64,000 nucleotides of DNA from Anaeramoeba ignava BMAN (taxonomy: Eukaryota; Protista; Anaeramoebae), in assembly GCA_028826165.1 (NCBI GenBank), contig JAPDFW010000102.1:1-64000 (forward strand), written 5' to 3'. Position 1 is the first letter of the stretch. Each line of letters begins with the position of its first letter. A model generated the notes under the pieces. That model searched no databases and had not been told where the DNA came from. It saw only the letters and a program-made list of their open reading frames with translations. Shown piece by piece: positions 1 through 12,907 of this stretch. The position numbers were made by a program, and so were the translations under genes.

Positions 1-3000
1 AAAATATCAGTATTCAATGTTCTTTCATGTGCTTCATCAAGAATAATTACTGAATATTTTTGTAAAAGAAAAATCACTTTTCAATTTCTTTAAGTAATAT
101 TCCGTCTGTCATAAATTTACCAACTTTGTTTTATCATTAATTTTTATCATATCTAATTTGATAATCCAACTTCTTCTCAAGTTTAAAATTTCAATTCTTC
201 TGAAACTCTTTTCGCCATACTAACTGCAGCTACTCCTTCTTGGTTTGTTATTCCAATTTTACCTGGATTTGCTTTTTGTATTTAAATATTTTAAATATTT
301 TAAATATTGAACAAAAATTATTTACTTCACAACTTTTAATTGATCCATAAACCAGATTCATATAAAATTGAGAACTTGAGTTGTATTATGAGTTATTATG
401 AAATTGTTTGTGAGATAAAGATGATCAGAATCTTGAATTAAAATACAAGAACATTCTTCTTCTTGATTTTTCAATTTTAGTAATAAATCTTTTTAAATGA
501 ACATTTTTGTTGATTGATTAAATTAAATTTGTTTAAATTTCTATATTTAAATGGATTTGAATAGATAATTTCACATTGAAATTCTCCATTTTTGAGGTTA
601 TTTATAGTGCATAAACCTCCAAGAGATTGAAATTAATTGAATATTTTGGTTAATTTTTGGAATTTTGTTTGATAAATTAAATTGTTTGATTTTGTAATTT
701 TGCTATTTAAATCAAGAAAAGAATGAATAATTTCTTCATCGAATAGAAATTGGAATAAAAATGAATTTTTGGGAATTGATTTTTGTTGTGGAGAAGATAT
801 TTTATAAAAGATTGATAGTTTTGAAATTGGTTAATATCATTAAATCTTTTTAGCTAATAAAATAGATGAATAGATAATAATTATTTGATGAAGAAATATC
901 GTTAAATGAAATTGATAATCCAAAAGATAAGGATCAATATCTATTTTTGAGGGAAAAGAATATAGGATCTGGATTTTGAATTGAGAATTTGAATTTTGAA
1001 GAATTTTTGATTAATATATTTTAGCAATTGTTTTGTTTTATAAAAGTTTTTGAGGATTTGGATTATTTAGTTTATATTCATCAACAAGCCAAAGATGATC
1101 AAGACTACAATCAACAAAATCATTATTATCAAAAATATTCTATAAACAGGCAATTTTCCTTGAGGATAAATTTGAATAATTTTAGAAAAATTTTGATTAA
1201 ATGGGTAGAACTAAATCTCCTTTTTAAATTTCCATTTTTGAGGACCATAAGGAGTGTAAACAATAGAACTATTTGGTAAACTTTTTCCTGAACCTGTTTC
1301 ACAAATTATTAATAAGTTTCCATTTCTAATATAGTCTATAATATTATATTCTTACTAATAATAGGAAGTTCTAAACGATGTTTTTGAATTTCTTTTTCTA
1401 TTTACAAGAACAAAGAAAGCTTTATTTTCCTTATTATTTTGAATTTCAATTTCAATTTTCTTTTCATTTTCAATTTGATTTTCCTTTAATTTATTTTGAT
1501 TTTTATTTTGATTTTCATCTATAATTTGAAATGAATTTTTCTTTAATTTATTTTTATTTTCAATTTCATTTTGATTTTGATTTTGATTTTGATTTTGATT
1601 TTGATTTTGATTTTGATTTTGAATTTGATTTTGATTTTGATTTTTATTTTTATTTTGATTTTGATTTTGATTTTGATTTTGATTTTGATTTTGATTTTGA
1701 TTTTGATTTTGATTTTGATTTGAATTTTGATTTTGATTTTGATTTTGATTTTGATTTTGATTTTGATTTTGATTTTCATTTTGATTTTCAATTTGATTTT
1801 GATTTTGATTTTGATTTTTTTCATCTATAATTTGAAATGGATTTTTCTTTAATTTATTTTGATTTTTATTTTGATTTTGATTTTGAATTTGAATTTGATT
1901 TTGATTTTCAATTTGATTTTTCTTTAATTTATTCTTATTTTGATTTTGATTATTTTCATCTACAATTTGAAATGAACTTTTCTTTAATTTATTTTTATTT
2001 TGATTTTGATTATTTTCATCTACAATTTGAAATGGATTTTTCTTTAATTTATTTTTATTTTGATTTTGATTTTGAATTTCATTTTCATTTTCATTTTCAT
2101 TTTCAATTTGATTTTGATTTTGATTTTGATTTTGATTTTGATTTTGATTTTGATTTTGATTTTGATTTTGATTTTGATTTTGATTTTGATTTTGATTTTG
2201 ATTTTCATTTTGATTTTGATTTTCAATTTCATTTTCATTTTCAATTTCAATTTGATTTTGATTTTCAATTTGATTTTCCTTTAATTTATTTTGATTTTTA
2301 TTTTGATTTTCATCTATAATTTGAAATGAATTTTTCTTTAATTTATTTTTATTTTCAATTTCATTTTTATTTTTATTTGGATTTTGATTTTGATTTTGAT
2401 TTTTCTTTAATTTATTCTTATTTTCAATTTGATTTTGATTTTCATTTTCAATTTGATTTTGATTTTGATTTTGATTTTGATTTTGATTTTGATTTTGATT
2501 TTGATTTTGATTTTGATTTTGATTTTGATTTTGATTTTGATTTTTTTTTGATTTTGATTTTGATTTTGATTTTGATTTTGATTTTGATTTTCAATTTCAT
2601 TTTCATTTTCAATTTCAATTTGATTTTGATTTTCAATTTGATTTTGATTTTGATTTTCAATTTGATTTTGATTTTCATTTTCAATTTCAATTTGATTTTC
2701 TCTTGTTCTTTCTTGTTCAATTTCTATATCTGTTATATTAATTCCAGCTTTTCTTTCTAATAAACCTCTTTTAAGTTTTTCTTTTAAAGTTTCTTTTTTA
2801 CCTAAATTTTTTGAAGATCTAAATAATTTTAATTTATCATCATTAAGATTTCCTTTAGCAACTTGATTAATTAATTTATCTTTTAAAATGAATTTATTTT
2901 GTTTCATTTTTAATTTCCAAAGTTTTTTTTCTTTTCTTTTACTTATTCTTTTCTTTTTTAAAGGTTGATTTTTTTCAATTTTTTTTTGAAGTTTTTTTTG

Positions 3001-3182
3001 ATTTTGTTTTTCAATTTCTTTTTCATTTTTTTTATTAATTATAATTTGATTTGATAAATCATTAGTTTGATAATCATTTGTTATTCCAAGTTGAGCTGAT
3101 AATTCTGGAGATAAAATTGATAAATCTTGTTGATTTTGATTATTATTTTTAATTTTTGTTTTGAAATTCTTTTTCTTCTCAT
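1..3182 (-). CDS. DHX37: DEAH-box RNA helicase DHX37/Dhr1 (3'-partial, intein-containing, indel-disrupted)
   Basis: Manual minus-strand translation from ATG at 3180-3182: [50 protein letters not shown]/[intein]/[67 protein letters not shown] intron 272-325. Continues past the window edge. Confidence 0.88.
385..1282 (-). mobile_element. Class 3 intein with degenerate LAGLIDADG homing endonuclease, inserted in the DHX37 P-loop (GSGK|T)
   Basis: Block [14 protein letters not shown] follows GSGK directly; [17 protein letters not shown]; block [10 protein letters not shown] (~1080-1115); IDPYL and QSLGGLC endonuclease remnants; block [16 protein letters not shown]; block G NNFIITHN followed by extein T+1 (382-384). 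Confidence 0.9.
1440..2700 (-). repeat. Coding low-complexity (AATCAA)n tract, N/Q/E-rich, within the DHX37 N-terminus
   Basis: GATTTT hexamer arrays on + interleaved with a repeated unit that reads roughly [20 protein letters not shown] on -; lies between conserved DHX37 segments. Confidence 0.75.
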
Positions 3183-3235
3183 ATTTTTAAATTAAAAATA
3201 AAAAAATTAAAATTTCATTTTTCATTTTTAAAATA
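3183..3235. promoter_or_regulatory. 53-bp bidirectional promoter region between DHX37 and myotubularin, with tandem TTTCATTT
   Basis: Divergent ATGs at 3182 (-) and 3236 (+); tttcatttttcattttt at ~3213-3229. Confidence 0.6.
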
Positions 3236-6200
3236 ATGATTGTTTATGGTTTATTTGGAAAAAAAAAAGAAAAAGATTCAAACCAAAAACAAATTCCAAG
3301 ACAAATTAATAAAGAAAGAAGAAAAACTGTTGTTTCTCCAAAAGAAAATAAACAAAATGAAAAACCAAAAAAAAGAAGAAGTTCTTTTTCAAATGAATCT
3401 TTAGAAAAAAAAGAAACGTTAAAAAAAAATCAAAAGAAAAAATCTAATTCTAATTCTAATTCTAATTCTAAATCTAATTCTAATTCAGATTCTAATTCAA
3501 ATCAAAATGAAAATTCAAATCAAAATTCAAATCAAAATTCAAATCAAAATTCAAATCAAAATCAAAATCAAATCAAAATTTAAATTCAAATCAAAATTCT
3601 AATTCAAATCAAAATGAAAATTCAAATCAAAATCAAAATGAAAATTCAAATCAAAATCCAAATGAATTAAGCTGTATTTTATTCTTAATAATAAAAATAA
3701 TTTAATCAAAAAAAAATACCTTATTTATAATTCCAAATTTATTTCTTTATTAAATTGGATTGAATTGGATTGTATTTATAAATTTAAATTATTTTTAGAT
3801 GGAGTTATTCAAGTTGCAACAAAAGATTCACATTTTTTAAAATCAGTTCAAAAAAAAGTTATTCATATTGAAAATGAACAATTAATTGAATCAGCAAAAA
3901 ATGTTACAATAATTTATAATAAAAATACAGAATCACAATTAAATATTTTAGGAGAACTTATATTAACAAGTTATAGATTATATTTTATACCTGATGATGA
4001 ATCTATTTATGTATAAAATATTAAAATAAATATAAAATTAAATATTAAAATAAATATTAAATTAAATATTAAAATAAATATTAAATTAAATATTAAATTA
4101 AATATTAAAAATAAAAATAAATAAATTAAAATTAAATATAAAAATAAATATTAAAATAAAATTAAAATTAAATAAAAAAATAAATATAAAATTAAAAATA
4201 AATAAATTAAATATTAAAATTAAATATTAAATTAAATATTAAATTAAATATTAAAAATTAAATATTAAATTAAATATTAAAATAAAAATTAAATAAATAT
4301 TAAAATTAAATATTAAAAATTAAATATTAAAAATTAAATATTAAATTAAATATTAAAATTAAATATTAAAATTAAATATTAAATTAAATATTAAATTAAA
4401 AATAAATATTAAAATTAAAAATATTAAAATTAAATTAAATATTAAAAATTAAAATATTAAATTAAATATTAAAAATAAATATTAAATTAAAATATTAAAA
4501 AAATTAAATATTAAATTAAATATTAAAATTAAATATAAAAAAATTAAAATTAAAATAAATATTAAAATAAAACATAAAATAAAATATTAAATATTAAAAA
4601 TATTAAATTAAAATAAATTAAAATTAAAAATAAAAAATTAAAATTAAATATAAAAATTAAATTAAATTAAAAATTAAAATTAAAATAACATTAAAATAAA
4701 TATTAAATTAAATATTAAAATAAATATTAAAATAAATAATAAAATAAATATTAAATTAAATATTAAAATAAATAAAAATTAAATATTAAATTAAAAATAA
4801 ATATTAAATTAAATATTAAAATTAAATATTAAAATAAATATTAAAATTAAATATTAAATATTAAAATAAATATTAAATTAAATATTAAAAATAAATATTA
4901 AAAAAAAATTAAAATTAAAATTAAATTAAATATTAAAATAAATAAAATAAATATTAAAAATTAAATATTAAAATAAATATTCTTAGAATAATCAATTAAG
5001 TGAAGAACTTCCAGATATTCTCATGGAATTATTGAAAGAGCTGAAAAATAGGAGGACAAAAAGTCGAAAAGAATATTCATATGGAATTAAAGTTGTTTGT
5101 AAAGATTTTAGAACTTATCGTTTTATTTTCTTCAAGAAAATCATAGTAGAAGAGAAATTTTTATTAAAATTTTTCCAAAGAGCATTTATTTCAGATGTTC
5201 GTAAAACATTTTCATTCTTTCATAAAAACTCTGAAATAAAAGATTTAGGTTGGTCAATTTATGATCCAGTTAAAGAATATCAAAGACAAGGTAAATCAAA
5301 ATAATTTTATAATAATTTATTGGTTTTTTCAATTAAAAAAATTTTTTTAATTTAAATTTTTAAAATAGGATTAATTTTTGAATCTGGAGATTGGAGAATA
5401 TATGATATAAATAAAGATTATTCTCTTTGTCCTACTTATCCAAGAATATTTGGTTTTCCAAGTAAAATGGAACAGAAAATAAAAGATTGTTCTAAATTCA
5501 GAACAAAAAATAGATTACCAGTTTTAACTTGGAAAAGTCCAGATAGTGAAGCTGTTCTTTGTAGATCATCACAACCAAAAACAGGTAAAAAGAAAAAAAT
5601 TATTTAAAAATCGGAAAAAATTTTTAAAAATCGGAAAAAAAAAAAAATTTTAAATGAAAAGGATTTGCTGATTCAAGAAATGCAAATGATGAAAAATTAT
5701 TAAAAAATATAAGAAAACTTAATAGTAAAGGATTTAAACTCCAAATATTTGATTGTAGACCAAAAGCAAATGCAGTTACTAATAAAGCTAAAGGAGGAGG
5801 ATTTGAAAATACAGATTTTTATTCCGATTGCAAATTAACATTTTTAGGAATAGATAATATTCATGTTATGAGAGGATCTCTGAAGAAACTAATCAAAATA
5901 TCACAAAATGCAGTTCTTAATGATAAGAAATGGCTTACTAAATTGGAAGAAACAAATTGGTTTTTACATTTACAAAAAATTGTTTATTGGTCAACAGTAA
6001 CAGCTAAATATATTGAAGATAAATATTCTATTCTTGTTCATTGTTCTGATGGTTGGGATAGAACAGCTCAAGTTTGTTCACTTGCTGAATTAATATTGGA
6101 TCCTTATTACAGAACATTTAACGGATTTATTGTTTTAATTGAAAAGGATTGGTTAAGTTTTGGTCATAAATTTTCACAAAGACATGGTCATGCTGATAAA

Positions 6201-6728
6201 AAATCAAAGGATAAACAAAGATCTCCTGTTTTCTTGCAATGGATGGATTGTGTTTATCAATTTTGGAGACAATATCCTAATGCTTTTGAGTTTAATGAGG
6301 ATTTCTTATTGGGAGTTATTGAACATGTTTATTCTTTAAGATTTGGCACTTTTTTGGGAAATTGTGATAAAGAAAGAAATGATTTTGAATTATCTAAATA
6401 TACTTATTCTTTATGGACTTATATGAACCAAAGAAAAGATATTTATCTCAATCAAGTTTATTCACCAATATCTGGATCATTATATCCAAGTTCATTTTTA
6501 AGACATTTTTCTTATTGGGAAAGGTGAAGAATTTTTTATTTAAATTTTAATTTTTATTTTAATAAATTATTTTTTATTTTATTTAGACTTTATATGAAAG
6601 GAATGACTGAAGCTGGTTTACATTCTTCTGATGAAAAAATTCTTAATATTAATCAAACTTGGCAATATCTTATGGAAAATACTCAAAAATTAAAATCTGA
6701 AAATGATAAAATTCATAAAAATTATTAA
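3236..6728 (+). CDS. Myotubularin-family phosphoinositide 3-phosphatase (GRAM + PTP, catalytic motif intact)
   Basis: GELILTSYRLYF (GRAM), YSYGIKVVCKDFR, LCPTYP, RSSQP, IFDCRPKANAVTNKAKGGG, catalytic HCSDGWDRT, IEKDWLSFGHKF, SPVFLQWMDCVYQ. Introns ~3674-3798, 4011-4986, ~5291-5368, 5585-5661, ~6524-6586. 3' end approximate. Confidence 0.93.
4011..4986 (+). repeat. Intron filled with ~11-13 nt AAATTAAATATT-type minisatellite
   Basis: GT at 4011, AG at 4985-4986; nearly pure A/T tandem repeat in between. Confidence 0.85.
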
Positions 6729-6832
6729 AATTCAAAAAGAAATTGATAAAAGAAAAGAAAAGAATTAAAATTTAAAAATCATTTTTCATTTTTCATTTTT
6801 CATTTTAAAAATAAAAATAAATAAAAATAATA

Positions 6833-8429
6833 ATGAATAAGAATAATAATTTAACTTTTCAACAAATTTTTAAGTAAATGTAAAAAATTCCAAAAGCAGA
6901 ACTTCATGCACATCTTAATGGATCAATTAGAGAATCAACAATTAAAGAATTTATAGAAAAATCAAATTTAAAAACAAAATAAATCCAGAAGATACAAAAC
7001 TTCTTGAAAAAGGAAGTGAAAGAACACTTAGTGATTGTTTTAAATTATTTGATTTAATATATTTATTAATTGATGATTTAGAAAAAATAAAAAGAATTAC
7101 AAAAGAAGTAATTGAAGATTTTTATTATGATAATTGTATTTATCTTGAGCTTAGAACAACTCCACGTTTTTTAAAGAAATCATCAGAAAATCAAGAAAAA
7201 GCAACTAAAAAAGAACATATTGAAACAATTATATCAACAATTAAAGAAACAACTAAAAATTTAAATAATGGAATTGTTGTTAAATTAATATTAAGTATAA
7301 ATAGAGCATATTCAAAAGAAATTGCAAATGAAACTATTGAAATTATATCACAAATTAATCAAAAAGATGTTATTATTGGAATTGATTTTGCTGGAAATCC
7401 TTTTAAAAATAAATTTATTGATTTTGTTCCTGTTTTAAAAAGCAAAAGATTTAGGTCTTTTTTTATTACTTTACATTTTGCAGAAAAATTGATTATGAAG
7501 AAAGTATTCAAATGTTAAAATTTAATCCTCAAAGATTAGGTCATGCTAATTATTTAAATGATGAAATTCGTAATTTATTATTTGATTCAAAAATTCCTGT
7601 TGAAATTTGTTTAACTTCAAATGTAAAAACTGAATCTGTTCCAAGTTTTGAAAAACATCATGCAAAAGAATTTTATAAAAGAAATCATCCAATTTCATTT
7701 TGTACAGATGATCAAGGTTTATAAATTTTTTATCCGATTTTTTAATTTTAATTTTTTATCCGATTTTAAATTTTAATTTTAATTTTAATTTTAATTTTAA
7801 TTTTGATTTAAATTTTAATTTTAATTTTAATTTTTAATTATAATTTTTTATCCGATTTTTAATTTTAATTATAAATTTGATTTTAATTTTAATTTTAATT
7901 TTAATTTTAATTTTAATTTTAATTTTAATTTTAATTTTAATTTTAATTTTTAATTTCAAAATTTAATTTTAATTTCAATTTTAATTTTAATTTTAATTTT
8001 AATTTTTATCCGATTTTTAATTTTTAATTTTAATTTTAATTTTATTCAATTTTAATTTTAATTTTAATTTTAATTTTAATTTTAATTTTAATTTTAATTT
8101 TTTAATTTTAATTTTAATTTTAATTTTTAATTTTAATTTTAATTTTTTAATTTTTTTTAATTTGATTTTAATTTTTAATTTAATTTTAATTTTAATTTTA
8201 ATTTTAATTTTTTAAATTTAATTTTAATTTTAATTTTAATTTTTTAATGTTTTAGGTGTTTTTTTAACTTCTTTATCTAAAGAATTTGCAAATGTTAGTT
8301 TTTATTTAAATTTTTCAATAAAAAGAATTAAAAGAAATTTCAAAAAGTTTTAATTATGCTTTTGCTAAAGATGAAGCATTAAAAAATATAAAGAATTTAT
8401 AGAGAAAAAGAAAATAAATTTAAAATAGA
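6833..8429 (+). CDS. ADAL: Adenosine deaminase-like protein (ADAL / N6-methyl-AMP deaminase family)
   Basis: PKAELHAHLNGSI, YLELRTTP, LILSINR, IGIDFAGNP, TLHFAE, RLGHA, PVEICLTSNV, FCTDDQG/VF. Intron 7717-8255; several indels; 3' end approximate. Confidence 0.88.
7717..8255 (+). repeat. Intron filled with (TTTTAA)n, with interspersed TATCCGATTT
   Basis: GT-AG intron splits TDDQG|VF; hexamer array with four TATCCGATTT copies. Confidence 0.8.
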
Positions 8430-8548
8430 AAAATTAATTTAGAAAATTAAAAAAAATTAAATAAAAAAAAAAAAATAAAACAATATAAAAGAATTTTTAA
8501 AATTATTTTTTTTTTCATTTTTTTTTCTTTTTTTTTAAATTTAAAAAA

Positions 8549-11500
8549 ATGTTTGAAGTTGATTTTACAAAAGATGTTAAAAAAAAACATAAATCTTGGA
8601 ATACAGGAATACTTAAAATTAATAATAGAAGAGTAATAATTAATAAATTTAATTAAATCAAATAAATTTACTTATAAATTTAATAGGTAACACTTTTTAA
8701 TGATGAAGATGAAGAATTAGAACGTTCTTGGTTAAAAAAAACTGATGATCTTGAAATTGGAAAGAATATTTATTTATTACATTATTCTGTTATTATAACT
8801 GGAATTAAAGAAAAACTTATTAAAAATACTTCTACTTCTTCTATTACTAAAAAAAATAATTCAAATAATTCAAATCAAAAAATATTTAATTCTTTAAATT
8901 CTTTAAATTTACCTTCTCAAGAAAAAAAAAGACAAAAAAACAAAAGAAAAAAATTTACAGTTCCTTTTAAAAAGAAACCAAATCAAAATGAAAATGAAAA
9001 TGAAAATGAAAATGAAAATGAAAATGAAAATGCAAAATGAAAATCAAAATCAAAATAAAAATCAAAATGAAAATCAAAATCAAAATCAAAATCAAAATCA
9101 AAATCAAAATCAAAATCAAAATCAAAATCAAAATCAAAATCAAAATCAAAATCAAAATCAAAATCAAAATCAAAATCAAAATCAAAATCAAAATCAAAAT
9201 CAAAATCAAAATCAAAATCAAAATGAAATTATATTAAAATCTCCTTTAAAAAATAATATTGAAGAATTATATGAAGGATTTAGGTAAAAAAAAATTATTT
9301 AATTCATTTCAATAATCTTTACTAAATTTATATAAAAATATTTATTTATTTTTAGACCATTATCTAAATTTTTATTCCCAACAAGTTATCAATGCTTTCA
9401 TTTACCAGTTAATTCTAAAATAGAAAGAAAAATTAAAATACCACAAGAATTTGAAAATTTTGAAGAATATAAAAATATTTTCATTTCTTCTTTAATTGAG
9501 GAAATTAATATTAAAGTACTTGAAATTGGAATGTCTTTTTATTCATTAATTCGTAAACTTAAATGGGTTTCAGAAGATGAAAATATTGTTTGTTGTAAAC
9601 ATGGACCTTGTGTTATTAAAATTGTAAAAAAAGAAGGAGAAAATCAAGGAAGATTTTTTTATTCTTGTAGATTACCTCATAAAGATCCAGATTGTTGTGA
9701 TGCTTTTGCTTGGGCTGATCGTGATATTACTTCTAAAAACAAAGGAATTAAAATCAAAAAAAGGAAAGAAATTCCAAATTTAGATAAATCAAATTATTCA
9801 AGTAGTTTTAATCTTCATCTTCCTGAACTTGAAAAATTATTCTTTTCAAATCAAATTTTATTTCATTCAAATTGTGAAATTTTTAAAAAGATTGAAAATG
9901 TACAAGAAAAGAAATCAAAATTATTTACAAAAATGATTAAAAAAAGAAATTTAGCATTTAAAAAAAGACAAAAACAATTTAGAAGAAATCAAAAAAGACG
10001 TAAAAATAATGAAAGTGATGAAAGTGATGAAAGTGATGAAGATGAAGATGAAGAAGAAAGTGATGAAAGTGAAGATGAAAAAAAAGATGTATCTTTTATT
10101 AAACAAACAACAGGAAATCAATTTTTTTTAAAAGTTAAAAAACAAATTAATGGAGCTGAATATACAAAAGATGATTTATGGGTTATTTCTAATGTTCAAA
10201 ATTTTGAACCTAAACAAAAAGATGATTTTATTTTTTTTGCTAAAAGTATATTTTTTGGAGTTGGAACATCAGGTTTAGTAACACTTGAACCAATAGGAGA
10301 TTTTCCAAATTTATTTGAAATTGAACCAAATAAGAAATATAAAGATATTTTTGCAATTAAATGTTTTAATGCATCAACAGAATTTTCAGCAATTAATAAT
10401 ATAGAAATTATAAAAGAAGAAAATATTCCATTACTTGAATTTATATTAAAGAAATATCAAAATCAAGAAAATGAAAATGAAAATGAAAATAATGAAAATG
10501 AAAATGAAAATAATGAAAATGAAAATAATGAAAATAATGAAAATGATGAAAATGAAAATGAAGAAAATGAAAATGATGAAAATGAAAATGATGAAAATGA
10601 AAATGAAAATGAAAATGAAAATGAAAAACCTTTGAAATCTAAAATTAAATTCCCATCAGAAATTGCTTACAAAAAATCACATAAAATAATTTCAAATTTT
10701 AAAACTCAATCTATTCAATACGAAGGGAAAATATTTCCAAATAATCAAAAAAATTATTCATTTCCTTTTGAACAAATTTCAAATGATTTAATTGAAGAAT
10801 CAAAAATAGAAACAATTAAAAAATATAATTTAAATGAAGATCAAATTGAAATATTAGAAAAAATATCAAAATGGTTTATTAAAAAAGAAAGTTATAAAAA
10901 TTCAATAGTATTAGTTCATGGAGTATTTGGCTCAGGAAAAAGTTTTTTATTAACAATATTAATAATTTTTATGATTGAAATTCTTGATAACTTAAAATGA
11001 ATCAGAACATATTAAAATTATGATTAGTGCAATTACTAATATTGCAGTTGATAGAGTATTAGAAGGATTACTTGAACTTGGATTTGAAGAATTTATTAGA
11101 ATAGGAAGTTTAAAGAAAATTTCTAAAAAAATATTACCATATACAATATCAGGAGAGAAAAAAAAAGATATTGAAGAAACAATCAAAGAATTAAAAGAAA
11201 TGATTTCAGAAGAAGATTATCAAGATGAGAATGAATTAGAATCAATTAAAAAAACATTAGATGAATATGAATTTATCAAGAATAATTCACATATTTTATA
11301 CAATCAAAAAATGAAGAAAATAAGAGTTGTTGGAACAACATGTGCTGCTACAAATTTTCCTATTTTATCTGGATGGAAATTTCCAATTATAGTTCTTGAT
11401 GAAGTGAGTCAAATGATTGAACCAATTTCAATGCTTCCAATTTTAAAATTTTCATGTGAAAGATTATGTTTATTTGGAGATCCATTACAATTACCACCAA

Positions 11501-12848
11501 ATTTAGCAGGAAATGAAAATTATCATAAAAACAAATTATTATTTAAAAAGAAAACTCAATTAATCAAAATTCAATTAATCAAGATTCAAATCAAATTGAT
11601 AATTTATATAAAACATTATTTGATAGATTAGCAGCAAATGAATATAAACCAATTATGCTTAGAACTCAATATAGATGTCATCCTTTAATTAGTCAAATAT
11701 GTAATAACTTATTTTATCAAGGAGCTTTATTAGATGGAATTTCCTCAAATCAAAGAAAACCAATTGTGAATAATTTTCCACCACTTTTTTTCTTAGATTC
11801 TGAAAATGGAAAAGAAGAGAAAACTTGGACAGGAAGTTATAGAAATTTTTATGAAGCTAAAATTATTATTGGATTAATTGAAATGCTTTTGAAAGAAAAT
11901 ATTAGTTCAAGTAAAATTGGTGTAATCACTTTATATAAAGAACAAGCAAGATTAATCAATAAACTTTTAACAATATTTCAAAATGGGAAATCAAAATCAA
12001 AATCAGAAAAAGAAAAGAAGAAAAATAAAAAAGAAAAATCAACAGGAATATTAGGATTAAAAAATACATTTACAAAAAGAAAAACAAACAATAATAATAA
12101 TAATAAAAAAAGTGGAAAAAATGAAATGAAACAAATTCAAATATCAACAGTTGATGCTTTTCAAGGAGCTGAAAAAGAAATTTGTATTGTTTCTTGTTGT
12201 AGAACAGAAAATCTTGGTTTTATTGAATCACCAAATAGATTAAATGTTCTTTTAAGTAGAGCTAAAAATCATTTAATTATTGTTGGAAGACAAAAGGTTT
12301 TAAATTCTAGTTCTGTTTGGAATTCTGTTATTAAACATTGTATTTTTTCTATGGGAGGAATTTGTTATGCAAGTGATGTTTGTAAAAATGTTGAAATTTT
12401 GAATTTGAAAAAGGAAAAACATTTTGATTTAGGAAATTTTGATTTAAATTTTTTTGGAATTGATTTAAATTCTTTAATTAATTTTGGGAATGAAAATCAA
12501 AATCAATTAAATGAATTAAATCAAAATCAATTAAATCAATTAAATCAATTAAATCAAAATCAATTAAATCAAAATCAAAATCAAAATCAAAATCAATTAA
12601 ATCAATTGAATCAAAATCAAAATCAATTAAATCAATTAAATCAAAATCAAAATCAAAATCAAAATCAATTAAATCAATTAAATCAAAATCAAAATCAAAA
12701 TAATAAAATGGTTATTGAACAATTAATTAAAGAAAATGATTTAAATGAATTTGAAGATAAAATTATTAAAACAAAAAAAATTGAAGAAAATACAAAAATT
12801 TCAGATAACAAAACAAAAGAATTACTTGAAAAATTTCTTGATTTTTAA
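8549..12848 (+). CDS. ZGRF1: ZGRF1-like protein (DUF2439 + GRF zinc finger + Upf1/DNA2-like SF1 helicase)
   Basis: N-terminal FTKDVKKKHKSWNTGILKI (DUF2439-like); CKHG...KKEGENQGRFFYSC...CDAFAWAD (GRF); VHGVFGSGKS, TNIAVD, LDEVSQ, GDPLQL, QYRCHP, TVDAFQGAEKE, RLNVLLSRAK. Introns ~8633-8686 and ~9284-9355; frameshifts near 11000 and 11540-11630. Confidence 0.85.
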
Positions 12849-12907
12849 ATAATAAATAAAAATTAAATTTCATTTCATTTTTTTCATTTTTTTCATTTTT
12901 TTTTTAA

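Noticed and set aside
1028-1279. 83-aa plus-strand ORF
   Set aside because: It is the antisense shadow of the intein N-terminal splicing domain.
1531-2760. ORFs reading FDFDFD, KIKIKI or ILILIL (also near 8967, 9037, 17085, 42325, 46542, 56753 and 58877-59550)
   Set aside because: These are alternative frames or strands of hexamer repeats that lack stop codons, not independent genes.
10900-10960. Second intein in the ZGRF1 or Ras-BTB P-loop
   Set aside because: GVFGSGKS and GEGYTGKS continue directly into host sequence, with no Hint blocks.
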